A stretch of DNA of 64,000 bases from Bacillota bacterium (GTDB lineage Bacteria > Bacillota_I > Bacilli_A > RFN20 > CAG-826): NCBI GenBank assembly GCA_023393065.1, contig JAEWMX010000015.1, positions 16,221 to 80,220 of the forward strand, read 5' to 3'. Position numbers and translations under genes: made by a program. The notes below the pieces were generated by a model. That model saw only the letters and a list, made by a program, of their open reading frames with translations. It was not told the DNA's origin and ran no database searches. This document shows positions 19,065 through 29,235 of this stretch, one piece after another; the stretch's first letter is position 1; every line of letters begins with the position of its first letter.

Positions 19065-20317
19065 TCGAGCGCGATTTAGTGATTATCGGCGGTGGTTCGG
19101 CCGGTATGGCCGCTGCTATCGCGGCTTATGACGCTGGTCTCACCGATATTCTCATCGTCGAAAAAGGAAAGCACCTCGGCGGCATTTTAAATCAGTGCAT
19201 CCACAATGGCTTTGGACTCGAAGAGTTCAAAGAGCAGCTGACTGGTCCCGAGTTCATGACGCGCTTGGCCGTCGAAGTCGAAAAGCGAAAGATCGATATT
19301 CGCTTTCAATCAAATGTCTTAGATCTTACAAAAAACAAAGTCGTCACTTATTCTAATGCCGATGAAGGGTTCGTCAAAGTTCAGGCAAAGGCCGTCATCA
19401 TGGCCACCGGCTGTTATGAAAGAAGCGCCGGCGCGATTCAAATTCCCGGCGACCGCCCGAGCGGCATCATCACGGCCGGCACCGCTCAGCTCTATCTCAA
19501 CGAGATGGGAGCCTTGGTCGGCAAGCGCATCTTCATTCTCGGCAGCGGCGATATCGGTTTAATCATGGCGAGGCGGCTGACCCTTGAGGGAGCAACTGTC
19601 CTCGGCGTCAGCGAAATCATGCCTTATAGCAACGGCCTCAACCACAATATGGTCCAATGCTTACATGACTTCGATATTCCCCTCTACCTCTCGCATACCG
19701 TCACTAAAACCTATGGAAAAAGTCGCCTAGAAAAAATCGAAATCTCACAAGTCGATGAGAAGTTTAATCCGATTCCCGGAACAGAAAAGGAATTTGCCGT
19801 CGATACCCTCCTCCTTTCCATCGGATTGATACCGAGTAACGATTTGTTAAAGAAATTAGGCTTACCTGTCTCTCGCTCTAAAGGGGCGATCGTCGATGAG
19901 CATTACATGACCGACATCCCCGGCATCTTCAGCACCGGCAATGTCCTTCACGTTCACGATTTGGCCGACTTTGTCACTGCCGAATCGCGCTCATGTGGAA
20001 AAGGCGCGGCTGCCTATGTCGCCGGTCAGTGGGACCTCAACGCTCCGTCGTTTTCCTTAAATCCTGGTAAAAACATCTTATATGTCGTTCCTCATCGCGT
20101 TCGCCTCACTAACCTCGACGAGCATTTGACGATTAAATTCCGCGTCAACAAACCGCTTAAAAACCAAGTTTTGACTTTTACTTTTAATGGCGAAGTCATC
20201 AAAAAGATCGTCAAGCCATTCATCATTCCTAGCGAGATGCAAAAAGTCCGCCTGCCCAAAGATCTCTTTAATCGCCAAGATGGCGAACTAATCGTCTCGT
20301 CGGAGGATCGCCCATGA
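19061..20317 (+). CDS. NAD(P)/FAD-dependent pyridine-nucleotide oxidoreductase (partner of the G3P dehydrogenase-like protein)
   Basis: Two Rossmann motifs (DLVIIGGGSAGMAAA; IFILGSGDIGLIMA). ATG 19061 has a TAAGGAG RBS and an ATGA overlap with the upstream stop. Confidence 0.8.
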   Translation: MIERDLVIIGGGSAGMAAAIAAYDAGLTDILIVEKGKHLGGILNQCIHNGFGLEEFKEQLTGPEFMTRLAVEVEKRKIDIRFQSNVLDLTKNKVVTYSNADEGFVKVQAKAVIMATGCYERSAGAIQIPGDRPSGIITAGTAQLYLNEMGALVGKRIFILGSGDIGLIMARRLTLEGATVLGVSEIMPYSNGLNHNMVQCLHDFDIPLYLSHTVTKTYGKSRLEKIEISQVDEKFNPIPGTEKEFAVDTLLLSIGLIPSNDLLKKLGLPVSRSKGAIVDEHYMTDIPGIFSTGNVLHVHDLADFVTAESRSCGKGAAAYVAGQWDLNAPSFSLNPGKNILYVVPHRVRLTNLDEHLTIKFRVNKPLKNQVLTFTFNGEVIKKIVKPFIIPSEMQKVRLPKDLFNRQDGELIVSSEDRP

Positions 20318-20658
20318 AAGATTTAATATGTATTTTGTGCCCTCGCGGCTGCCGCTTGCAGGTCGATGATGATCTCAATGTGACCGGCAACTTTTGTCCG
20401 CGCGGCATCATCTACGCCAAGACGGAGATGACGAATCCGACGCGCGCTATCACCTCAACGGTTAAGATTAAAGCCAAGGATGCCGTGCGTCTCAGCGTCA
20501 AGACCGCCCAACCGGTGCCAAAGGCAAAAATGTTTGATTGTATGCGAGAACTTGATAAAGTAATGGTAGAAGCACCAATTCATATTGGTGATGTGATAGT
20601 TCATAATATTTGCGAAACGGGCGTCGATGTCGTCGCCACAAAAAATATCGAGGAGTAA
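20314..20658 (+). CDS. DUF1667-family small Cys-rich protein
   Basis: 114 aa, CILCPRGC ... GNFCPRG motifs. 4-nt overlap with the upstream gene. Typical third member of this module. Confidence 0.75.
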   Translation: MKDLICILCPRGCRLQVDDDLNVTGNFCPRGIIYAKTEMTNPTRAITSTVKIKAKDAVRLSVKTAQPVPKAKMFDCMRELDKVMVEAPIHIGDVIVHNICETGVDVVATKNIEE

Positions 20659-20661
20659 ATT

Positions 20662-21198
20662 ATGAAAGTTTTAATTGCCAGCGACATTCACGGTTCTTTG
20701 TTTTACACCGAAGAGCTTGAGCGCATCATCGAAAGCGAAAAACCATCCATCATCTGCCTCTTAGGCGATTTTCTCTACTCCGGTCCGCGCAATCCCATCC
20801 GCGAGGACTACAATCCGAAAGCGGTGGTCGAGATTCTCAATCGCCACGCCGAGCAAATCGTCGCCGTGCGCGGCAATTGCGATTCCGATATCGATGTCGA
20901 AGTTTTGAAGTTTCCGCTTCCAAAGCACAACGAAGTGGTCGTCAATAATCGCCGCTTGGTCTTAACCCATGGCGATGACATGGATTTGACGAAGCTGAAT
21001 CTACGTAAAGGCGACATCTTGCTCTACGGACACTTTCATCGTCCGCAGCTGGCTTGGTCAGACGGCATCTTAGTCCTCAATCCCGGATCGCTTACTTTCC
21101 CCAAGGACGATTACCCGCACACTTACATGGTCCTCGATGAAAAAGAAGTGCAACTGCGCGATTTAGCGGGGCGCATCTTAGAAGTTAAAAGCATATAG
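20662..21198 (+). CDS. YfcE/MJ0936-family metallophosphoesterase
   Basis: 178 aa. Motifs DIHG, GDF, GNCD, THGD, GHFH. Confidence 0.8.
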   Translation: MKVLIASDIHGSLFYTEELERIIESEKPSIICLLGDFLYSGPRNPIREDYNPKAVVEILNRHAEQIVAVRGNCDSDIDVEVLKFPLPKHNEVVVNNRRLVLTHGDDMDLTKLNLRKGDILLYGHFHRPQLAWSDGILVLNPGSLTFPKDDYPHTYMVLDEKEVQLRDLAGRILEVKSI

Positions 21199-21210
21199 GA
21201 AATATAAATA

Positions 21211-22887
21211 ATGGAAGATAAAATCAAAGTATTTGCCTTAGGTGGCCTCGACGAAGATGGCAAAAATTTGCAAGTCGTCGAAATTAACAACGACATTTTC
21301 GTCATCGAATGCGGCATTCGCTTTCCGGATAAGACGACGCCGGGAATTGACTATGTCATCCCTGATTTCGACTATCTAAAAAAGAATCGAGAGCGAGTCA
21401 AAGCCTACATCTTGACTCACGGTCACGATGATGAGATAGGAGCTTTGCCCTACATTCACAAAATCGTCCCGGCTCCCATCTACGGAAGCGATGTCACCTT
21501 AGTCATGGTCCGCTCCTTTTTCGACCACATTCGCTTTGATGCATCCAAGCTTGATTTGCACGCCGTCAAACCGACGAGTGACGTCGTCATCGCCGGCCGC
21601 GTCTTTCATTTTTTCCATACCGCTCACAACATCGCCGAATCGATGGGAGTGGCTATCGAAACAACGCTTGGTAATGTCGTTTTCACCGGCGATTACGTCG
21701 TCGAAAATAACGCCTCGGAAAACTATCTTCACGACATGAATGCCATCGCCCGCATCGCCGAAAAAGAGACGGTGTTATTGATGACCGAATCAAACTATGC
21801 GGATCGCCTCGGATACACCGCTCCCAAGTATAAGATCACTCCGCTTCTATCATCGTTTATCGAAGAGGTCAAAGGTCGGCTTTTCATCGCCCTCTTCTCA
21901 CGAAACATCTATAATATAGATGAAATAATTAATCTCGCTGTTAAAATGCGCAAAAAAATCGCCTTTTATGACAGTGAGACGGCCGACATTTTTAAAGACA
22001 TGCAGAAGGTCAATCAGCTGATGATTCCGAAGTATAATTTCGTCAGCATCGAAGACATTAACCGCGTCCGCGCCAGCGAGACAATCGTCCTCATGTGCGG
22101 CTTTGGCGATCGCCTCTTTAAAAAGATTGCGACCCTGGCTAACGGCCTTCAAGAAGATCGCCGCATCGTCTTGACGCCCGATGACACTTTCGTCGTCGCC
22201 GCGCCAGCTAGCCCGAACGTCGAAGCCATCGCTACGGCGGCGATCGACGACCTCTATCGCAGCGGCGTCAAAGTCAAGGCTTTAGGCAAGAAAGACATTC
22301 TCAAAATGCACGCTTCTGAGGAAGATATCAAGATGGTCGTCGCCACTTTGAAACCGAAGTATTACCTGCCGGTGAAAGGCAGTTATCGCCACCTTCTAGC
22401 GAACGCTCAACTCGTGCTGGGCATGGGCCTTAAATTATCGCATAAAAATGTGTTTGTCCTCGATAATGGCATGGTTCTTCAAATCACCAAAGAGCGAGCG
22501 CAAATCCTCTCCGAAAAAGTCAAAGTCGGCGATCTCTTAATCGACGGCAAAGGCATCGGCGATGTCGAAGGCGGCGTCATCAACGAGCGGCAGCAACTAA
22601 GCGATGACGGTGTCGTCGTCCTCGGTGTCACCGTCTCGAAAAGCAAGCGCCAAGTCGTCGCCGGACCCGATGTGCAAATGCGCGGTTTCGTCTTTTTAAA
22701 AGACGCCGACACAATTTTAAAGGAAGTCACGAAGATTTTCTTAAGCGCCGTTAACGACGGATTAAACAAGGCGAACTATCGCATTTCCGAAATTCAAAAT
22801 ACCGCGAGCGAGGCGATTATTCGCTACGTCCGCCGGGCTAACGGCAAAAATCCGATGGTCTTGCCGTTAATCATCGAAATTGACTAG
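21211..22887 (+). CDS. rnj: ribonuclease J
   Basis: 558 aa. Metallo-beta-lactamase motif THGHDDEIGALP, beta-CASP region, conserved N-terminus KVFALGGLDEDGKN. Confidence 0.93.
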   Translation: MEDKIKVFALGGLDEDGKNLQVVEINNDIFVIECGIRFPDKTTPGIDYVIPDFDYLKKNRERVKAYILTHGHDDEIGALPYIHKIVPAPIYGSDVTLVMVRSFFDHIRFDASKLDLHAVKPTSDVVIAGRVFHFFHTAHNIAESMGVAIETTLGNVVFTGDYVVENNASENYLHDMNAIARIAEKETVLLMTESNYADRLGYTAPKYKITPLLSSFIEEVKGRLFIALFSRNIYNIDEIINLAVKMRKKIAFYDSETADIFKDMQKVNQLMIPKYNFVSIEDINRVRASETIVLMCGFGDRLFKKIATLANGLQEDRRIVLTPDDTFVVAAPASPNVEAIATAAIDDLYRSGVKVKALGKKDILKMHASEEDIKMVVATLKPKYYLPVKGSYRHLLANAQLVLGMGLKLSHKNVFVLDNGMVLQITKERAQILSEKVKVGDLLIDGKGIGDVEGGVINERQQLSDDGVVVLGVTVSKSKRQVVAGPDVQMRGFVFLKDADTILKEVTKIFLSAVNDGLNKANYRISEIQNTASEAIIRYVRRANGKNPMVLPLIIEID

Positions 22888-22890
22888 ATT

Positions 22891-22909
22891 AAGCATTAAT
22901 GCTTGTTTT
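22891..22909 (+). terminator. weak terminator-like hairpin after rnj
   Basis: AAGCA-TTAA-TGCTT followed by GTTTTG. Short stem. Confidence 0.35.
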
Positions 22910-22949
22910 GACCAATAAATTCTTTAATTCTTTTTGACGCGCCAGTATA

Positions 22950-25652
22950 ATGACTTGTATAAAACTCATGAAAAACGCCCGTGAGATTCAACCCATCAAC
23001 AAGGAATCGATGCTCGGTGTCATCGGTCTGATGATCGCTCTTGTCGCCGTCATCGCCATTTTGTCACCCCTTCCGGAAGCCACGCGCTGGATCACGATCG
23101 GTTCAGCCTATGCCTTTGGTCAAATCGGCTTCTGGATTTTTTATATCTCCCTATTTGTCTTCGGCATCTACTTGATGTTCAAGCGCAAGCTGATGAAAAT
23201 TCGCTTCGACATCACGATGGCTGGCATCATCGTTTTCTTATTCGCCTTTTTGACATTCTTCACCATCGTTTTCGTCGAGGAGACAAACGAGATGAAACTC
23301 GACACTTTCTATTCCGTTTTTCAAAGCAATATCCAATCGGTCATCTTAAACCCCGGCAGCATGCCTTATAGCGTCGAGACCGGTGGTGGTTTCATCGGTT
23401 TTCTTCTAACCGCCCTTTTTAATTACGCGACACACATCGGCGCCATCGTCATCAGCGTCGTTTTTCTCATCGTCGGCCTCGGCTTAATTTTGAACCGCCA
23501 AGTCAAGAAGGTGTACCTGGCGATTAAAGACGTTCGTCTAAAAGCCAGAGCCAAAAGAGCCTACTTTCAAGCCGTGAAGAAAGAAAAGCCCGATAAATTC
23601 GATGATATTGAGTTCAAAGAACCCATCAAAACGGAAGAAGAAAAACCTCTCGAAAAAGAAGTTCCGGTCATCAAGCAGGAACGCCAGCTATATAATACTC
23701 CGCGTCTCGAGCCAAAGTCTGAACCTCTACCCTCGACCAAACACGAGCCGGTTCTAGAAGTCAAGCCAACACCAAAATTTGAACCGCGAAGCGATGCCAA
23801 ACCAGTCGTTCAGCCGTCGACGACCCAGGCTCTGCCGCCTTATCGTCCCGGCCACGGCGATGTCGCCTTTCAAGTTAAATCTTTCAGCGCCAATCAAGGT
23901 CTTCGCAAAGCGAAGTTTTATCTCGATGGCGAACAACCATCACAGGAGCCTCCGGCGGCGTATGAAGCGGTCATCAATACGAATCCGATTCCGGAGAGCA
24001 AACCCGTTTTCGAGCCGCTTATCGAACATCCGATCATCGCTCCAAAGGAAGAATCTTTAGATGTTAAGAAGCCGGAACTCGAACCGAAAGTAAAACCTTC
24101 CGACAAACCAAAAGTTGAAGAAATAAGTAAGCCAGAAGTCAAGATTCGCGAATATACGATGCCTTCACTTGATTTGCTCGACAATCACGAGTCCGAAGAA
24201 GATTTGATGAAAAATGAAGAATCGACAGCTTCGCGCACCGAATTGATCAATACGATTTTCGAAGACTTAAATATCGGGGCTAAAGTCGTCGGGCACACCA
24301 TTGGACCATCGGTCACCCGCTACGATATTCAGATGGATCGCAACGTCTCGGTTTCTTCGATGGCGCGTTATATCAATGATATATCGATTCGTCTCGGCGG
24401 CGTCGCAACGCGCTTTGAAGCCCTCGTTATCGGCAAAGCGACATCGGGTCTAGAAATTCCCAACGAATACCGGACGAATGTCGGCTTAAAAGAAGCTTTG
24501 ATTAAAATGCCGACTGGCGGCCGCTTCAATCGCGATATTCCTTTTGGCAAGAATATATCGGGCGAACTCATTTACGCTAATCTCGCCGACCTACCCCATA
24601 TGTTGGTGGCTGGCAGCACCGGCAGCGGCAAATCGATTTTCGTCCATTCCGTCTTGATGTCGCTCATCATGCGCAATCGCCCTGACGAGCTCAAGTTAAT
24701 GGTCGTCGATCCCAAGCGCGTCGAACTTACAAATTATGCTGATATTCCGCATTTAATCTGCCCGATTATCACCGATAGCCGCAAAGCCAAAGTCGCCTTT
24801 TTTAAACTCGTCGACGAAATGGAAAGACGCTATGGCGTATTTCAGGAATCGCGCGTCAGCAAAATTTCGCAATATAACGATTATGCCAAAAATAATGGCT
24901 TACCTCTAATGCCTTATATCGTCGTCGTCGTCGATGAATACGCCGATTTGAGCGACACGTGCCGCGACATTCACGAACCCGTCGTCCGCATCGCTCAAAA
25001 AGCCCGAGCGGCAGGCATGCATCTAATTATCTCGACGCAGCGGCCGACGGCCGATGTCGTCAATCCTCGCATCAAGACCAATTTACCAGCTCACGTCGCT
25101 TTGATGATGTCGAACTTTACCGATTCAACGACAATTCTCGGCGAATCGGGTGCCGAAAAACTCCTCGGTAACGGCGACATGCTCGTCGAATGCGCGAGCA
25201 TTTCACGGACGAGTAAGCCGCGCCTGCAAGGTTGCTTTGTCGATCTTGTCGAAATCAACCGCGTCGCTGATTTTATCAAAGCTCAATGGCCGGTCGAATA
25301 CGATCCTAATTTTCTCGATCTCGAAGAGAAGGTGGAGGAATTTAAAGCGCCGAGCGGAGAAGATATCGTCGCTAACAAGGCGACGCGCGAGATGGCTGAG
25401 GAAGAATTATACGCTCAGCTCGTCGAGGATATCATGCTTCGCGAATACACTTCGATCAGCTACATCACTCGCACTTATGGCGTCGGTTTTCCAAAAGCCG
25501 GTCGCCTCTTTGCCCGTTTGCAGCGCGATGGCATCGTCGCGACGGAGAACGACGCCTCCAAAGGCTGTAAAGTTTTAATTCACGATGCCAACTTCAATGC
25601 CCCGAGCATTAATCCCGGTTCGACGGAACTGGTAGTAGAGGAGGAAGACTAA
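22950..25652 (+). CDS. ftsK: DNA translocase FtsK/SpoIIIE
   Basis: N-terminal 4-5 TM helices, long Pro/Glu/Lys linker, motor domain with Walker A GSTGSGKS and Walker B VVVDEYADL, C-terminal gamma winged helix. Alternative start ATG 22968. Confidence 0.93.
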   Translation: MTCIKLMKNAREIQPINKESMLGVIGLMIALVAVIAILSPLPEATRWITIGSAYAFGQIGFWIFYISLFVFGIYLMFKRKLMKIRFDITMAGIIVFLFAFLTFFTIVFVEETNEMKLDTFYSVFQSNIQSVILNPGSMPYSVETGGGFIGFLLTALFNYATHIGAIVISVVFLIVGLGLILNRQVKKVYLAIKDVRLKARAKRAYFQAVKKEKPDKFDDIEFKEPIKTEEEKPLEKEVPVIKQERQLYNTPRLEPKSEPLPSTKHEPVLEVKPTPKFEPRSDAKPVVQPSTTQALPPYRPGHGDVAFQVKSFSANQGLRKAKFYLDGEQPSQEPPAAYEAVINTNPIPESKPVFEPLIEHPIIAPKEESLDVKKPELEPKVKPSDKPKVEEISKPEVKIREYTMPSLDLLDNHESEEDLMKNEESTASRTELINTIFEDLNIGAKVVGHTIGPSVTRYDIQMDRNVSVSSMARYINDISIRLGGVATRFEALVIGKATSGLEIPNEYRTNVGLKEALIKMPTGGRFNRDIPFGKNISGELIYANLADLPHMLVAGSTGSGKSIFVHSVLMSLIMRNRPDELKLMVVDPKRVELTNYADIPHLICPIITDSRKAKVAFFKLVDEMERRYGVFQESRVSKISQYNDYAKNNGLPLMPYIVVVVDEYADLSDTCRDIHEPVVRIAQKARAAGMHLIISTQRPTADVVNPRIKTNLPAHVALMMSNFTDSTTILGESGAEKLLGNGDMLVECASISRTSKPRLQGCFVDLVEINRVADFIKAQWPVEYDPNFLDLEEKVEEFKAPSGEDIVANKATREMAEEELYAQLVEDIMLREYTSISYITRTYGVGFPKAGRLFARLQRDGIVATENDASKGCKVLIHDANFNAPSINPGSTELVVEEED

Positions 25653-25653
25653 G

Positions 25654-25971
25654 ATGGGAATTGGTGTCGATATCGTCGACATGCGACGCATTAAAGACGT
25701 CGAGCGTTTCGCTGAAGGTGTATTGAGCGTTAAAGAGTTGGCCCTCTTTGCCAGCAAGCAAGATAAGCTCTCGTTCGTGGCCGGTCGCTTTGCCGCTAAA
25801 GAGGCGTTTATGAAGGCATTAGGTCAAGGTCTTGATAAAATCCCCTTAAAAGCGATTGAAGTTCTCTATCGCGGCCCTAATCAGGCCCCTTATGTTTTAT
25901 ATAACAATGTCGAGTACGATGTTTCCATCGCCCACGATGGCGATTATGCCGTCGCCACCGCCTGCATATGA
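25654..25971 (+). CDS. acpS: holo-[acyl-carrier-protein] synthase
   Basis: 105 aa. GIGVDIVDMRRI ... RFAAKEAFMKALG ... SIAHDGDYAVA are typical AcpS motifs. Confidence 0.85.
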   Translation: MGIGVDIVDMRRIKDVERFAEGVLSVKELALFASKQDKLSFVAGRFAAKEAFMKALGQGLDKIPLKAIEVLYRGPNQAPYVLYNNVEYDVSIAHDGDYAVATACI

Positions 25972-28109
25972 TGAAGCGCGTCGTCAAAGCCAAACTCGTC
26001 TCGAAGACGCAGATCAAGGTCGATGTCTTTCCCCTTTCCAATCTTGAACATGTGGCCTTTGATTTTTTAATCGACGAGCAAAAAGTCGCGACCCTTAATA
26101 TCGCCAAGCGCGTCAAAAACATTCACGAACACTATTTTATTCTCGACCTATCGCAAGAAATTGTTCTCGGATGCGATTACAAATTGTACTGTTATGAACT
26201 CGGTTTTTTAAATGTCGATATCTCTCATCTAGCCCAGAGCGAAGATTTTGATGATCTATATGCCTATGATGGCGATGATTTAGGCTCGACGTATAGCCTT
26301 CTTTCGACGAGCTTTGCCCTTTGGGCACCGCTTGCTTCTAAAGTGCGAATAAAATATTTATATAAAAAGAATTGGTGCTATGTCGATATGGAGCGGACCT
26401 CGCGCGGTGTTTATCGCGCGACAATCAAGGGCAATCTCGACGGCCTTCCTTACTTATATGAAGTGACAAATAGCGGCGAGGCGATTGAAGTTAGCGATCC
26501 CTACGCCAAGTTATCGCTACAAAACAACAAAGCTTCGGTCGTCGCCAATCCCAAAAAGTACCAGATGGCGATGAATGGGCAATACTTGCCGAAATTTGAC
26601 AAATACACGGAAGCGGTGGTGTATGAGGCTCACGTTCGCGATATGACGATCGACGAAAACACCAATATCGTCCGCAAAGGCACTTTTTTAGGCCTCATCG
26701 AACGCAATCGCAAAACCAAAGGTGGCAATCCGGCCGGTTTTGATTATATCAAAATGTTAGGCGTCACCCACCTGCAGCTTTTGCCGATCTTTGACTATGC
26801 GACGGTCGACGAAGAACATCCCGATACAACTTACAACTGGGGTTATGATCCGGCTCAATACTTTGTTCCGGAAGGCAGCTACGCCTCAAAACCCGCAGAT
26901 CCCTATTCGCGCCTCATCGATTTAAAAAAGATGGTCGCCGCTTTTCATAAAGAAGGCATCCGCATCGTCATGGATACCGTCTTCAACCACGTCTACCACC
27001 ATTCGACATCGGTTTTTGAGCGCGTCGTCCCCAACTATTTTTTCCGGCGCGAAGCTAACGGCGAAATCGCCCAGCGTTCTTTTTGCGGAAACGATGTCGC
27101 CAGCGAGCGAGCGATGGCCCGCAAGCTGATTGTCGACGCTTGCGTTTACTATGTAAAAGAATTCGATGTCGATGGTTTCCGCTTTGATATCATGGGCTTA
27201 ATCGATCTTGAGACGATGCAGATTGTCAAAGAAAAAGTTAAAGCGCTAAAACCCGATTTCATCATCTACGGCGAAGGTTGGCAGATGGGCGACGAAAGCA
27301 CCCAAAATTTCCCGATGGCTTCGTTTACGAACGCCATGGAAATGGAAGGTATAGGTTTTTTTAACGACTGGTATCGCGACATCGTCCGCGGCAAGACGAG
27401 CGACCACGATCAGAAACCGCGCGGATACCTTCTTAATTCGAGCGGTCATCGCGATGGTTTTAAGTATTGTTATCTCGGCTCTTCGTTTGAACATTACATC
27501 ACGCGACGGTTCATCGACCCCCAACAATCGATCAATTACATCGAATGCCACGACAACGGGACGATTTACGACAAGCTCGAAGTCGCCATGCCTGAAGAAA
27601 GTCACGAGGCGCACCTGGAGCGCATCAAGATGATTAACGCGGTCGTTATAGCATCATTTGGCGTTCCCTTTATTCACATGGGTCAGGAAATCGGCCTCAC
27701 CAAAAAGAACTGGCAAAACACCTATAAGGCCGGAGACGACTTAAACAAAATGGATTACGCCATTTTAGATGAGCGATTTGAACTGGCCCGCTATGTTTCC
27801 GACGCCATCAAACTGCGCCGTCAACTCGCTTTCTTTCAAGAGTGCGATTTAGCTAAAATAGAACAGATTGTGACCTTTGAAGACCTCGAGCATAACGCTT
27901 TGAAGATTTCTTATGATTTAAGCTCATATGACGAGGGTTTCAAAGACTTCCTCATCTTTCTAAATCCGAGTCAAGAAACGATCTATTACGACCTCGACGA
28001 GTACCACCAAATTCTCTTTGCCAGCGGAGGAAATGTCTTGTCGAGCAAGACCTTTGTCAAGCACGTCATGATTAAGGCACGCTCATTTCTTATTTTAATA
28101 TTAAAATAA
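25968..28109 (+). CDS. pulA: type I pullulanase (GH13), apparently cytoplasmic
   Basis: YNWGYDP signature of type I pullulanases. GH13 regions DTVFNHV, GFRFDIMG, YGEGW, YIECHDN. No signal peptide. Confidence 0.9.
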   Translation: MMKRVVKAKLVSKTQIKVDVFPLSNLEHVAFDFLIDEQKVATLNIAKRVKNIHEHYFILDLSQEIVLGCDYKLYCYELGFLNVDISHLAQSEDFDDLYAYDGDDLGSTYSLLSTSFALWAPLASKVRIKYLYKKNWCYVDMERTSRGVYRATIKGNLDGLPYLYEVTNSGEAIEVSDPYAKLSLQNNKASVVANPKKYQMAMNGQYLPKFDKYTEAVVYEAHVRDMTIDENTNIVRKGTFLGLIERNRKTKGGNPAGFDYIKMLGVTHLQLLPIFDYATVDEEHPDTTYNWGYDPAQYFVPEGSYASKPADPYSRLIDLKKMVAAFHKEGIRIVMDTVFNHVYHHSTSVFERVVPNYFFRREANGEIAQRSFCGNDVASERAMARKLIVDACVYYVKEFDVDGFRFDIMGLIDLETMQIVKEKVKALKPDFIIYGEGWQMGDESTQNFPMASFTNAMEMEGIGFFNDWYRDIVRGKTSDHDQKPRGYLLNSSGHRDGFKYCYLGSSFEHYITRRFIDPQQSINYIECHDNGTIYDKLEVAMPEESHEAHLERIKMINAVVIASFGVPFIHMGQEIGLTKKNWQNTYKAGDDLNKMDYAILDERFELARYVSDAIKLRRQLAFFQECDLAKIEQIVTFEDLEHNALKISYDLSSYDEGFKDFLIFLNPSQETIYYDLDEYHQILFASGGNVLSSKTFVKHVMIKARSFLILILK

Positions 28110-28168
28110 AAGATGAGAAAATAATGTGTTGACCGCCCCTTAAAATAAAGGCGGAGGTACACGTTACT

Positions 28169-28456
28169 ATGATTTCAGATGTCTTTCTTACCGGTCGTCT
28201 CAGCGAGGCGATCAACGAGACGATTCGCTTGGTCGAAATCGACCGCATGATTCCCGAACATGGCAAGTTCGTCATCGACAAAATTCCCGTTCTTTACTGG
28301 AGCAAGGAACCAAGATCCAACTTCATGAAGCTCACGAGCGGAAGCCTTGTCGTCATTCGTGGACGCATTCAAATCGAAGCGACGGTCGGCCTGGTTATCG
28401 TCGCTGAACAACTTGCAATTTTGGGTCAAAATCGCTTAAATGAATTAAGGGGCTAA
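28169..28456 (+). CDS. small OB-fold, SSB-like protein lacking an acidic C-terminal tail
   Basis: 95 aa. VFLTGRLSE ... IPVLYWSKEPRSNFMKLTSGSLVVIRGRIQ ... LVIVAEQLAILG parallels the SSB pattern (VvLvGRL ... i.cv.W.k.Ae...yl.KGs.v.veGRlq ... ev.ae.v.fL). Confidence 0.45.
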   Translation: MISDVFLTGRLSEAINETIRLVEIDRMIPEHGKFVIDKIPVLYWSKEPRSNFMKLTSGSLVVIRGRIQIEATVGLVIVAEQLAILGQNRLNELRG

Positions 28457-28459
28457 ATT

Positions 28460-29233
28460 ATGTTCAAGTACGTACGATTAATCCTAGTTTGCGGACCGCG
28501 CATCGTGTGGTCCTATTTTGCATGGATGATCAAGTACGCGCGACATCCCGAGCGCTACCCTTTAGAAAAGCGGTATGCGCGCATTCGAAGCCTCGTCTTA
28601 TTCGTCTTTAAGCACTTTCATCTCGATGTCCATGTCGAAGGCGAAGCCAATCTGCTCGCTCTCGGCGAGCCCTTTGTCATTTACGCAAATCACTATTCCT
28701 ATTTTGACCCTTTACTCCTGATCGCCATTTCGAAGCGCCCCTTGACTTTCGTCTCGAAAAAAGAAGCTAACAAGTTTCCTTTTATCGGCAAAGTCGTCAA
28801 AGCTCTTGAAGGCATCGCCATCGATCGCAGCGATTTAAGATCGCAGTTAGTCATGATCGATAACGCGGTACACATGATTGAAAAGGGAAGAAATATGGCT
28901 ATCTTTCCCGAAGGGACGAGAAACCGCAATCCCGAACTCACCCTCGGCGAGTTTAAACCCGGAGCCCTCAAATTATCCTATCGCACGGGCGCACCTATCT
29001 TGCCGTGTGCGATTTATGGCACATCCCGTCCTCTTAGTTCAAAGAGCCACCTCAAAGTCTATCCGCTTTGGGTTCGCTTCTTCTCACCCCTAAGCAAAGA
29101 TGAATTCTTGCAGTACAACACGACTTATCTCGCTCCGAAAATGCAAAGCGATATTCAAGCGGAGATTTTCGATTCGATGATGAAACAAGATAAAATTTAT
29201 CTTGAAGCTCTCCAAACCTCAAAAAAGAAATAA
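28460..29233 (+). CDS. plsC: 1-acyl-sn-glycerol-3-phosphate acyltransferase
   Basis: Acyltransferase motifs NHYSYFDP (HX4D) and FPEGTRN. Confidence 0.85.
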   Translation: MFKYVRLILVCGPRIVWSYFAWMIKYARHPERYPLEKRYARIRSLVLFVFKHFHLDVHVEGEANLLALGEPFVIYANHYSYFDPLLLIAISKRPLTFVSKKEANKFPFIGKVVKALEGIAIDRSDLRSQLVMIDNAVHMIEKGRNMAIFPEGTRNRNPELTLGEFKPGALKLSYRTGAPILPCAIYGTSRPLSSKSHLKVYPLWVRFFSPLSKDEFLQYNTTYLAPKMQSDIQAEIFDSMMKQDKIYLEALQTSKKK

Positions 29234-29235
29234 GT

